DNA of 64,000 nt from the human T2T-CHM13v2.0 reference genome, Homo sapiens. Where the stretch lies: the NCBI RefSeq assembly GCF_009914755.1, contig NC_060934.1, one strand, 5' to 3'. The position numbers and the translations under genes were made by a program. Below, in pieces: positions 16,981 to 30,555 of the stretch. Position 1 is the first letter of the stretch; every line of letters begins with the position of its first letter. The notes beneath the pieces were generated by a model. That model saw only the letters and a program-made list of their open reading frames with translations. It did not search any database and was not told the DNA's origin.

Positions 16981-17429
16981 CAAATATATAAATCCTGATA
17001 TAAGAGAAAATATTTTTTAAGCAATCTATGAAACATTTACTAAAACTGAGTACATATTTATTTAAAATACTGATAGATTTTCCAAAATAGAAATAAAAAT
17101 GGTATTCTCTGAATGATATTCAATACAATGAAAACATTATATCAAATGATAGAGTATCAAATAATAGAACATCTCTTCTAACTTTAAAAGTAAATCAAAA
17201 TTTTAATTGCAGTAATGAAAACACAATTTCACTGACCAGCTAAAGCAAAGCTTATTGAAAATAGAGTAGCTTTAAATACTTATATTGTTGAATTAATAAT
17301 AAGAAATACTTTTTAAAATGGGAAAATTTAAAACAAGGAGATAGCTGGAGTGGCTCATTAATATCAGGTAAAGTAGACTTAAAACAGAACTTAAATTATT
17401 GATTTAAGAAAGCTTTTTGCTGATTGATT

Positions 17430-17970
17430 TGACAACTTTTCTAATATGAGTTTTATTGCTATAAATTCCGCACCCCCATACACTGCTCTAGCATCTCACA
17501 AAATTTTATGTGGTACTTTCATATTTCTTCAGTTAAAAATATTTTCTAATTTTCCTCAAGGCTTTCTCATTAGCCCATAGGTTATTTAGAAATATGTTGC
17601 TTAATTTCCAAGTGTTTGCAGATTTTCATCTTTTAGTAATTGATTTCTAGATTAATTCTATTATTGTCAGAAAACATATTTTGCATGATTTCAAAACCTG
17701 ACAAAACTTGATTTTGTTAAGGTTTAGCTTATGGCCCAGAACATGATTTATCTTGGTGAATGTTTCATTTGCGCTTGGAAAGAATATGTATTATACTATT
17801 GGTTGGAGAATCCTACGTGTCAATTAAATCCAGTTGGCTGATGTTGTTCCATTCTTCCATATATTTAACGATTTTGTATGTACTAACTATTAATTATACT
17901 GGGAGAGAAGTATCAATGCCCAACTGTAATTATGACTTTGTCTTTTTTCATCTTCTTTTAAATTTTATGG
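17430..17970 (-). mobile_element. L1M ORF2 (endonuclease region) fragment
   Basis: ttatggcccagaacatg...tcttggtgaatgtttcat...cttggaaagaatatgtatt is antisense L1 ORF2. Confidence 0.75.
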
Positions 17971-17979
17971 TTTAAACAA

Positions 17980-18945
17980 AAAACATTTAGGCATGATGCA
18001 TTGAACTAAATACTGATAAGGTATACTTCCAAAGAATTACATTTTTTTGCTCTGCAGAAAGATAGGTTAAGAAAATGAGGTTAAGAAAATGAAATTACAA
18101 ATAATAGATTAATTTTTAAAAAATTATAAATCACTCAAAAGAGAGAAAAAAAAAAACCCAGTTAAATAATCAGCAAAATACTTGAACAAACACTTCACCA
18201 AAGAGAATATATGAATGGAGAATAAGCACAAGAAAGAATACTCAATACAATTAGTCATTACAAAAATGAAATTAAGACCATCATGAGATATGACTACAAA
18301 CCTATCAGAATGTCTAAAATAAAAATTACTGACAAGACTAAGTGCTGAGAGGATATGATGAAGCAACTGGAATTCTCAAAGATTACTAGTGGGAATCAAC
18401 CTTTAGGAAAAGCTTTCCAGTTTCTTATAGATTATACATTTACCATGTGGCCCCTGAAATTTAACTCCTAGGTATTTAACCTTTGGAAATAAAAACTTAA
18501 ATTCACACAAAACCTCTGTATAAATCTTTATAGCAGCTCTATTCCTAATTATCTGGAAATTAGGCCAAACTGGAAATAAGCCAAATTGCCTTTAATGGGT
18601 GAATTGATAAACAAACTGTGATATATCTATGTAATGGAATACTACTCAGGAATGAAAAGAAGTAAACTGTTGATAGATGCAACAACTTGAATACATCTCA
18701 AAGGCATTGTGTTCAGCAAAAGAAGACAGTGCCTGAAGGTTATAGTCTGTTTGATTCCCCTTAGATGACATTCTTGAAAAGACAAAACTGTGGTAATTAT
18801 TCAATCAGTGGTTGCCAGATGAAGAAACTGATCTTTCTCCTGACTGGGGTTGTGTTAACACAAAAATATTTGCATGCTAAAATTCATAAAACTGTAAACC
18901 AATATAAGCTAAATTTTATTCTATATTAATTTAAAAATAAAATAA
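17980..18945 (+). mobile_element. L1ME/MD-like 3' portion
   Basis: acacttcaccaaagag, aagcaactggaattctc, aatggaatactactcag, aaagacaaaactg, A-rich end. Confidence 0.75.
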
Positions 18946-19896
18946 ACAGTTTAACAGAACAAACACAAAAGACACACATTCATATATGCATATAAGATTT
19001 CTGGAAAGGTGCACAAAATATGTTAACTAATTGAGTTTTTTGGAGGGGTTAAAGTTTACATTTTTATTGTACATACTTTTAAATTATTTTCATATATTAG
19101 CATGTGTGTATAATTATTTCAATAAAAGTAAAATTTAAGAAATAATATTTGGGATTGGATCAAAAGATAAAATAAGATTTATAAAATTGTGCAGAGATCT
19201 ACACATGATTGGTTCTAGATCATTGATACTCAGTTTCCCGTAGTCTGTTCCTCCGATTCAAACTGAAGTTCTTATCACCCAAAAAAGTCAAGAGAAAAGA
19301 ATCAGCCTTCATAAAATGTTCTGAAACTGCAGGTGATCACGATCAAATGTAAACTGGTTGTTCTTGGCTGGATAAGGTCAAGTTAAGAGCTTTGGAAGCA
19401 TTTGTGAAACAAGAAAATCAATAGTTTTGTGTATTAAATGTCTGCACTGCAAGCAAAGTCAGAGAAGAAAAACAATACCACTTTGTATGTAGTGTTCTAC
19501 AAGCCAAGAGATAAATCCTTTCAAATGATCTGAGTTGGAGGTATACATTATCTGAGAATTGGCAATTTAGCACAAGCTGATAAATCATTTCATTTGACCT
19601 AAAAAGTATAGAGAAGATATGATAGAATGGCACTAAGTGCATGCTCTCTTGGCATGCATATTTTATATGGGTGACTGAGGACTTTTTACATTCCTTTTCT
19701 GTATCATAAATCGAATGTACTATTTCAGATATGGGAATCAGAAGTCTTTTATTCACGATTCAGCCACATTGAAAGTCTTAAATGGCAACAAGTTGCTTAT
19801 TTCCTCTTTTATTTCCTAACAGCAATGCATTTCCAATGTTGTTGTCAAATATCCAAGTAAAATGCCCAGTCACTTCAGGACTTAGTTTTTCACATG

Positions 19897-20112
19897 CAAG
19901 TATAGATCTAAACTATTTCAGCAATCAGTATAATCCACAAATTCTAATATGGGATCCCTTTACAATATAACTCAAATTTGTAATGTTCTTTATGCCTAAC
20001 CTTGGTACTTTAATTCGGGTCCTAGACATACTTGCCCTATTCTAGTAAGTACTTTTTAAGGAATATTTCTAGACATTATTTTTCAACTCCAGCTTACTAT
20101 ATATATAAATTG
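19897..20112 (+). repeat. Dispersed direct duplication, copy 1
   Basis: About 96% identical to 21124-21445 outside the microsatellite (7 substitutions and 1 indel by eye). Confidence 0.97.
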
Positions 20113-20259
20113 CAAAGTTTTCTTCTTAAATCACTGTTCTATTAGCACCATTCCTTCTTCAAGATTAACAGTTCTCTATTTTTTCAATCAATCATACACA
20201 CAAAAGCATAACACTTAAAAACATGCCCCAAGCATGTTCCATATAAATGTATGCCCTAA

Positions 20260-20645
20260 ATCTGGCCACACTGGGCTCTTTACCATGTCCTGAAGATATT
20301 TGGCATATTTGCATATGTTGCTCCTATAGTTGTAAAGTTCTCTCCCTTTTAATTTAATCCACATTATTTAGAGCCTTCCATTTTCTTAAGGCAAATTTCA
20401 TACGCCATCTTCTTCCATGAAGCCTTCTCTGATTAGTTCACAGTTAAAGATGATCTTTCAGGTCTCGGAATACTTACCATTTAAGTTCTGTGGTAACCAC
20501 TGGCCAAATACTGCACAGAGTCTAATTCTTGTCCATTTCTTATTTCCCTTAGCAATTAGAAAGGACACAGTCTCCTTCCTAGAATCTGTAGTACTTAGCC
20601 CAGCCCTGGCACACAGAAAATATTCAATAAAAACATGTCAAATTA
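20260..20645 (+). mobile_element. L2 3' fragment
   Basis: cttccatgaagccttctctga...cctggcacacagaaaatattcaataaa L2 3' terminus. Confidence 0.65.
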
Positions 20646-21123
20646 TGGAATATAAGATTTAGCACTTGTGGCTACAACATAGGGGTTGTATACAAGAAAA
20701 CAAAGTGAATTAATTAAGCATAAAGACCCACACTAGAGTGTCTGTGCAGAGGACTTAGGCTCCAGCTGTGGCTACAACATAGGGTTTTTAACCCATGAAA
20801 TCAGATTTATAGTATATATAATTTCTTTCCTAACACCTAAAATTCTTCCATTTGATAACGTTTGTTTTAGCACCTTTTTCTCACACATAGAAAAGCATTT
20901 TAAAGTACAGATATCTCTTGGAGGCATGAAGGATTAACTTTCTTATATATTAAATTTATCAAATTCCTGTCTTTTGACAAAAATTCAGAGTCTCCTATTA
21001 GGAGACTAGCTTAGACTTGCATGAAAGGCAGGAGGTTTGACTCAAAGTAGAGAGCAGACTCCAAAGACAAATGTCTCCTGATTTCAACACTCATGAGAGC
21101 AGAGGTGAGCAACAGCTCTCATT

Positions 21124-21322
21124 CAAGTATAGATCTAAACTATTTCAGCAATCAGTATAATCCACAAATTCTAATATAGGATCCCTTTACAATATAACTC
21201 AAATTTGTGATGTTCTTTATGCCTAACCTTGGTACCTTAATTCGGGTCCTAGACATACTTGCCCTATTCTAGTAAGTGCTTTCAAGGAATATTTCTAGAC
21301 ATTATTTTTCAACTCCAGGTTA

Positions 21323-21389
<67 letters not shown>

Positions 21390-21445
21390 TATATATATAT
21401 ATACATATACATATATATATATAACAATAATAATTATATAAATTG
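21124..21445 (+). repeat. Dispersed direct duplication, copy 2, with expanded (TA)n/(CA)n microsatellite
   Basis: Same sequence as 19897-20112; microsatellite at about 21325-21440. Confidence 0.97.
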
Positions 21446-21619
21446 GATGGGGAGAGGTAGGGAGGGATGGAACGTTAATCCATGGAGAAAGGTGACAAAA
21501 ATAAGCCTTGAGTTCTATGAATGATCCACTAAGTGAGCATCCTGCCAAAAATGGCTGCTGAGCCTTGGAACAAAAAAGGTCTTTCCAAGAGATATTAGGG
21601 AAATGGGAAGGAAGTTAAA

Positions 21620-21830
21620 GAAAGCTAATGTTTACCAAGTTTAAATTATCTACTTACATCCATGATCTTCTTTGGTCACCATTTTAAACATCAAAAGTAG
21701 ATAGTGCTGTCCCCCTTGTGTAGAGACAGTGATGTGTACATACTTTTAAAATCACACACACTTAGAAATTGTGTAGCAAGGATTTGAAGATGATTCTGTC
21801 TGATATTAATCACATGCTGATTTCGGTACA
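21620..21830 (-). mobile_element. MIR (degenerate)
   Basis: atcacacacacttagaaattgtgtagcaaggatttgaa...ctgtctga antisense MIR core. Confidence 0.5.
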
Positions 21831-24073
21831 ACATATTGCTCTATTAGAGGCTAGTTTTTCAGGGTATTTTACTTTAGGTGTGATGAACTTTTGGCGCACT
21901 ACAGTTTCCCTTTCCTCATTTTAGCAGACATTGGTAGTTGATCGCAGTATTCTTTGAGCCTAGATTCTATGGTAGCGCCTCCTAACATACTGGTCTGAGA
22001 GCCCACTAGAAATCAGAGTTCTTTGTCTGAGATGAAACTTATTAGAAATGCCTAATACCACTGACTTTTATTTGTTAATTTATTTTAGATTTGGGGGTAC
22101 ATGTGCAGGTTTGTTACATGGATATATTATATAACGGTGAGGTTTGGGCTTCTGGTTAATCCATTACCCAAACACTGAACAATGTACCCTAAATAGGTAA
22201 AATTTTCAACCCTCACTCCCCCACAATCCTCCCCCCATTGAAGTCCCCAGTAACTATTATTTCCATCTTTATGTCCATGTGTAGCCATTTTTTAGCTCCC
22301 ACTTACAATGAGAACATGCAGTATTTGATTTCTGTTTCTGAGTTATTTCACTTAGGATAATGGCCTCCAGTTCCATCCATGTTGCTACAAAGGACATGAT
22401 TTCCTTCTTTTTTATGGCTTCATAGTCTTCCATGATGCATATATACCAAATTTACTTTATCCAGTCAACCAATAATAGACACTTACATTGGTTCCATGAC
22501 TTTGCTATTGTGAATAGTACTGCAATAAACATACAAGAGCAGGCGTCTTTTTGATAAAACAATTTCTGTTCCTTTGGATAGATACCTAGTCATGGGATGC
22601 TGAGTTGAATTGGTAGTTCTATTTTTAGTCCTTTGAGAAATCTCCACACTGTTTACCATAGTTTAACTAATTTACATTCCCACCAACAGTGCATAAGCGT
22701 TCCCTATTCTCCACATCCTCACCAACATCTGTTACTTTTTGACATTTTAGTAATAGCCATTCCGACTGATGTGAGATATCCCATAATAGTTTAAATTTGC
22801 ATTTCTCTTATGATTAGTGATGATTGTTTTTTCATGTTTGTAGGCATCTTGTATGTATTATTTTGAAAAATGGCTATTCATGTCCTTTGCCCACTTGTTA
22901 ATGGGCTTGTTTTTTCTTATTGATTTGAGTTCCTTACAGATTCTGAATATTAGTCATTTGTCAAATGCATAGTTTGCAAGTATTTTGTCCTATTGTATAG
23001 GTTGTCTGCTTACTCTGTTGACTGTTTCCTTTGCTGTGCAGAAGCTCTTTAGTTTGATTAAATTCCATTTATCAATTTGTGTTTATGTTGCATTTGCCTT
23101 TGAGATCTTAGTCATAAATTCTTTGCCTAGGCTAATATCCAGAAGAGTTTTTCCCAGGTTTTCTTCAAGAGTTTTTATATTTTAAAGTCTTACATTTAAG
23201 TCTAATCAATTGTAAGCTAATTTTTTTATATGGTAAGACAGGGGTCCTGTTTTATTTTTATGCATATGAATAGCCAGATTTCCCAGCACCACTTATTAAA
23301 TAGGGTGTCCTTCCTGCATGGTTTATTTTTTTCAACTTTGTTGATGCTCAGTTGGCTGTAAGTAAGTGGCTTTATTATTGAGTTCTCTATTTTGTTCCAT
23401 GGACCTATGTGTCTTTTTTTGTACCAGTATCATACTGTTTTGTTATGATAGTCTTGCAGTATACTTTGGAGTCAGGTAACATGTTGTTTTGCTTTGCTCT
23501 TTTTGCTTAGGATGCTCTGGCTATTCAAGCTCCTTTTTGGTTCCATATGAATTTTAGAATACTTTTTTCTAATTCTGTGAAAAAATGATGTTGGTAATTT
23601 GATAGGAATTACATTGAATCTGTAGATTGCTTGGGCAACATGGTCATTTTAACAATATTGATTTTCCCCATCCATGAGCATGAAATGTTTTTCCATTTGT
23701 TTGTGTCATCTACAATTTTCTTAATCAGTGCTTTGTAGTTCTTCTCGTAGAGGCCTTTTACCTCCTTGGTTAAATGTATTACTAGATATTTTTGTTTTTG
23801 TGTCTTTATTGTAAATGGGATTGAGTTCTTGATTTGGTTGTCAGCATGAGTATTGTTGGTGCATAGACATGCAACTGAATTTTGTATGTTAATTTTGTAC
23901 CCTAAAACCTTACAGAAACCATTTATCTAGTCTATGAGACTTTTGGAAGAATCTTTAGGGATTTTTAGGTATAAGATCATGTCATCAATGAACAGAGATA
24001 ATTTGACTTCTCTCTTCCTGTTTGGACATCTTTTATTTCTTTCCCTTGATGGACTGTGCTGACTAGGACTTAT

Positions 24074-25128
24074 AATTAAACTAAAGAGCTTCTGCACAGC
24101 AAAAGCAATTATCATCAGAGTGAACAGGCAACCCACAGAATGGGAGAAAATTTTTGCAATCTACTCATCTGACAAAGGGCTAAGATCCAGAATCTACAAA
24201 GAACTCAAACAAATTTACAAGAACAAAACAAACAACCCCATCAAGAAGTGGGCAAAGGATATGAACAGACACTTCTCAAAAGAAGACATTTATGCAGCCA
24301 ACAGACACATGAAAAAATGCTCATCATCACTGGTCATCAGAGAAATGCAAATCAAAACCACAATGAGATACCATCTTACACCAGTTAGAATGGCAATCAT
24401 TAAAAAGTCAGGAAACAACAGGTGTTGGAGAGGATGTGGAGAAATGGGAACACTTTTACACTGTTGGTGGGACTGTAAACTAGTCCAACCATTGTGGAAG
24501 ACAGTGTGGCGATTCCTCAAGGATCTAGAACTAGAAATACCATTTGACCTAGCAATCCCATTACTAGGTATAAACCCAAGGGATTATAAATCATTCTGCT
24601 ACAAAGACACATGCACATGTATGTTTACTGTGGCACTATTCACAATAGCAAAGACTTGGAATAAACCCAAATGTCCATCAATGATATAATGGATTGAGAA
24701 AATGTGGCACATATACACCATGGAATACTATACAGCCATAAAAAATGATGAGTTCATGTCCTTTGTAGGGACATGGATGAAGCTGGAAACCATCATTCTC
24801 AGCAAACTGTCACAAGGACAAAAAAACAAACACCACATGTTCTCACTCATAGGTGGGAATTGAACAATGAGAACACTTGGACACAGGAAGGGGAATATCA
24901 CACACTGGGGCCTGTCGTGGGGTGGGGGGAAGGAGGAGGGACAGCATTAGGAGATATACCTAATGTAAATGACGAGTTAATGGGTGCATCACACCAACAT
25001 GGCACATGTATACATATGTAACAAACCTGCACATTGTGCACATGTACCCTAGAACTTAAAGTATAATTAAAAAAAAAACCCCAAAAAAACAACAAAAAAA
25101 AGACAAATCCCTACCAAAAAAAAAAAAG
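24074..25128 (+). mobile_element. 5'-truncated L1PA5-like insertion
   Basis: ORF 24120-24689 is the ORF2 C-terminal Cys-rich domain ([16 protein letters not shown]); L1PA4/5-type 3'UTR; bipartite A tail. Confidence 0.93.
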
Positions 25129-25930
25129 AAGTAGTGAGAGTATATATCCTTATCTTGTTCCAGTTCTTAGAGGGAATGCCTTCAACTTTTCCCTATTCAG
25201 CGTGATCTTGGCTATTGGTTTGTCATATATTTTCTGATATGTTCCTTCGATGCCTGTTGAGAAATTTTATCATGAAGAAATGCTGGATTTTATCGAACGC
25301 TTTTTCTGCATCTATTGAGATAATCATATGGTTTCTGTTTTTAATTATGCTTCTTTGGTAAATCACACTTATGATTTGCATAGGCTGAATGATCCTTGCA
25401 TCTCTGAAATAAAACCACTTGATCATGATGGATTATCTTTTTGATGTGCTGTTGGATTTGGTTTGCTAGCATTTTGTTGAAGATTTTGGCATCTATATTG
25501 ATGAGGAATATTGTCTGGTAGTTTGCTTTTGTTCTTGTGTCCTTGACAGATTTTGATATCAGGATAATACTGGTTTTATAGAATGAGTTAAAGAGGAATC
25601 CACCCTTCTTGAATTTTTGAGATACTTTCAGTAAGATTGATACCAGCTCTTCTTTGTAAATCTGGTACAATTTGACTGTGAATCTGTCTGGTCCCGGGCT
25701 TTTTTTCACTGATAGATTTTTTTTATTACTTATTCGATTTTATTACTAGTTATTGGTCTGATTAAGATTTCTATTTCTTCCTGGTTCAATCATGAGAGAT
25801 TCTATGTTTCCAGGAATTTATCCATTTCCTATAGGTTTTCTAGTTTGTGTGCTAGAGATGTTCATGGTAGTCTCTGACGACCTTTTGTACTTCTGTGGTA
25901 ACGTCCCCTTTATCATTTCTGATTGTGCTT

Positions 25931-26221
25931 TTTTTTTTTTTTTTTTTTTTTTGAGATGGAGTCTCACTCTGTCGCCCAGGCTGGAGTGCAGTGGCACAAT
26001 CTTGGCTCACTGCGAGCTCCGCCTCCCGGGTTCACGCCATTCTCCTGCCTCAGCCTCCTGAGTAGCTGGGCCGCCACCATGCCCAGCTAATTTTTTGTAT
26101 TTTGGTAGAGACGGGGTTTCACCGTGTTAGCCAGGTTGGTCTTGATCTCCTGACCTCGTGATCCACCTGCCTCGGCCTCCTAAAGTGCTGGGATTACAGG
26201 CGTGAGCCACCGTGCCCGGCC
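25931..26221 (-). mobile_element. AluY with 11-bp internal deletion
   Basis: Y-type positions (ttcacgccattctc, accgtgttagccagg); TSD ctgattgtgctt / ctgactgtgctt; lacks actacaggcgc after gtagctggg. Confidence 0.95.
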
Positions 26222-26854
26222 CTGACTGTGCTTATTTGAATCTCCTCTCTTATTTTCTTGGTTAACCTAGCTAGTAGACTATCAATTTTGTTTATTCTTA
26301 TAAAAAAACAACTTTTTTTTCATTGAAGCTTTGTATACTTTTTTTTTTATTTTAATTCCATTTAGTTCTGCTCTGATCTTTCTTATTTCTTTTCTTTGCC
26401 TAGCTTAGATTTGGTTTGTTGTTGTTTCTCTAGTTCCTTGAAATGTGACTTTACGTTGTTAATTTGAGATCTTTCTTTTTGATGTAGGCACTTATAATTG
26501 TAAACTTTCCTATTAACCCTGCTTTTGCTATTTCCCTGAGGCATTGGCATGTTGCATCTCTATTTCTATTTCTTTCCATTTTTATTTTTATTTCTGTCTT
26601 GTCATTTGCTCAAAAGTCATTCCTGAGTAAGTTGTTTAGTTTCCGTGTACTTGTGTGGTTTTGAGAGTTCCTCTTGGTATTGATTTCAAATTTTCAAAAC
26701 CACTGACCTCCAAACTCATTATAAGAATTCATAATAATAATCACTACCAATTTACGCAGCACATTTGAAGTGCTGAGCATGATACAAGACTTATAAAATA
26801 TATCATACCTAATAAAATTGAGTGAGTTTGTTTGCAATATTTGCTACTCCTTGA

Positions 26855-27175
<321 letters not shown>

Positions 27176-27493
27176 CAGCAGGGTTCCTTTGACAGATGAT
27201 TCTGATTACAAAAGTGTTCCTGTCTCCCCAATTTGTTTCCGTGTGTCTTTTTCCACATCTGCACATTTGTTTGAAGAAGAGGTGCTTTCCAAATGGAGAA
27301 GAATTCTTTGGCCAAAGCTACCTGTTATACACCTGAAACTCTGATAAAGCTTCTTCAAGTTTATTTTTAAGAAATAAAACTAGAGGTCCCATAGCAGTCT
27401 GTGTAGTTCCTGGACCAGCTAAGGTGCCATCCCAGAATAGACCATTATTTGGTAGTGACAGAATATATGGCAACTAAAAACTGGGCCCATTAA

Positions 27494-28200
<707 letters not shown>

Positions 28201-28319
28201 TTAACTTGTACATCAACTTCAGAGAGGGTTTCACAATTTCTATTTTTAATTGGTTTGTTTACCAGTTTACAGAATTTTTCTCAAACTACTTATTGTAATT
28301 CTTTTACAATGAGAATTTC

Positions 28320-30200
28320 TTTCTTTCTTCCTTTCATTATTTCATTAAATATTTATTGAGTACCTTTGAACTTACAGGATGAACACAAAGTCCTTGCTCT
28401 CATAAGTTTATTTTTTATCAGAGGAAAATAAAGAAATAGAAAAACCAGCTATAATCAGTTCTCATTATTTGTGGTAGTTATGTTCTATAAAGTTATCCCA
28501 AACACTAAATTAGTGAATACTAGATCATCACTCCTAAGGGAAATATACATTAGGTTCCTGTAGGCCTCTGGTCACAAAATTTTCATCAAGAAATCAATAT
28601 GTAACTTTGTTTTAAAGTGTGTTTCTGTTTAAAGGCATGTTATTTAATATATATTGTTGACTTATTAACATTGAACTCATGGCCAGTAGCACTTTAACTC
28701 ATGCATGATGAAGCTTGTCTAACACACATATTTTCTCTGGAAGGCATACCACAGCCTTCTTGCACTTAGAAACACTAGACAGTACTTTAGCACCACGTTT
28801 GGAGGCCCTTTTTAACAGCAAAATCAAGAAGAAAAAGCACAAAGATGGTAAAAATGGGGCACTAAATAGACTGAAAAAAGGACATTTGTTTGCAGTACGG
28901 GAGCTGAAAAAAGAAGGCAGAATGTCTCCTTGTTAGACCTCAGCTGAAAATGTACACCTTACCCTACTCAAATTTTTCACCACTGCCCTTGTCTATGAAT
29001 AATGATAAAAGTGCCATGATTATTGATTTTGGGGTTACAAATAAATTTTAGCGAGTAAGAAAATTCACAAATATTGAATCCTCAAATAATGAGAATCAAC
29101 TGTAATGACAGATAACTAGAAGCATGAGAAATACTATGAAGAAAGATTTAAAGACAGAGTAAGGAGGGTGGATGTATTATTCTAGATGGCTTGGACAGGG
29201 AAGCCATCTGTCCAAGCCATCTAGACTTGGACAGAAATTTATCAATTTCACTCTGATAAAGTGAAATTTAAATGAAGTGTTAAATAAAATGAAAGAGTCA
29301 TGCAGGTATATGAAGAAAAGAACATACCAAGCAAAGCAAAGACCACATGCAAAATCTGGGGGAGAAAATGTGCTTGAAATGAAAGGAGCTTGACAGAAAA
29401 GCAGGAAATAATATAGAGTTGGGGGTTAGGGGACTGATATGTGCAGACCATTTTGAGCCTTGGAGTTCATTCTTGTGGTATAGTCTTTTATCTACAATGG
29501 GATAGAAAATCACTGGAAGGTTTTGAGTTGAAGAGTATCAAGAGCTAACATTTTTTAAAAGGTCCTTCTGGCTGCTGTATGGAAAACAGAATGTACGGGT
29601 CAGTGTTGGAAGCTAAGAGACCAGCTGGAAGTGATCACAATATTCCAGGTAAGAAAACATGGTAGCTTAGGTAGGGTAACAGTAGAGATAATATTTAGGA
29701 GTCATGGAATTTTGGTTATGTTTCATGGTTGCCATTAAGAAAATTTGGTATAGATTGTATATTAATACATCAAAGTGCAGGAGACAGATGGGAGAGGGAG
29801 GGACAGGGATAAAAAGAGAGATTATAGATGACTGCAAAATTTCCTGCCAGATTGACTGGAAGAATGAAGTTAGCATTTTGGGTAGAAGGGTAGAGAAAGA
29901 ATAGATTCTCAGAGATGTGGGTGGTGAGAGGAGAATGCATTCCATTTGAGACAGTTAACTGGAGGTGCAAAATAATCATCCCAGTGAAAATGTCAATTAG
30001 GGAGTTAGATATAGGATTATGAAATTCAAGGGATAAGTCCTGACTAAAGATAATTGGGGAGTTATTTTTTGGGCTTTGACTTTTATCTAGAATGAGATCA
30101 AGAAAATTATTGCTTTTAAGCTATGAGATAGATGAGATCAACTAGGGAGTAACTAGAAGTAACGCTATGAAGAGATCTGAGGACAATGGAATGTACGTTT
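28320..30200 (-). mobile_element. L2 fragment interrupted by MER82
   Basis: ttcattaaatatttattgagtacc L2 end; ggaaggttttgag, ctggctgctgtatggaaaacaga, agttagatatagg. Confidence 0.75.
28452..29102. mobile_element. MER82 (TcMar-Tigger MITE)
   Basis: TA flanks; terminal inverted repeats taatcagttctcattattt / aaataatgagaatcaactg; 651 bp. Confidence 0.88.
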
Positions 30201-30217
30201 CAAGAGAGCAGGAATTA

Positions 30218-30555
<338 letters not shown>

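Larger units (their letters stand above)
22065..26690 (-). mobile_element. L1PB4-like LINE (3'UTR plus partial ORF2), interrupted by L1PA and AluY
   Basis: gggggtacatgtgcaggtttgttacatgg, tttctgagttatttcacttaggataatgg; antisense ORF2 peptides (ORFs 25341-25709, 25223-25426). Confidence 0.9.

Noticed and set aside
21259-21548. YI-repeat ORFs
   Set aside because: Translation of a (TA)n microsatellite
24120-24689. 189-aa open ORF2 C-terminal domain as a domesticated gene
   Set aside because: Expected residual openness of a young truncated L1; GTG start, no promoter
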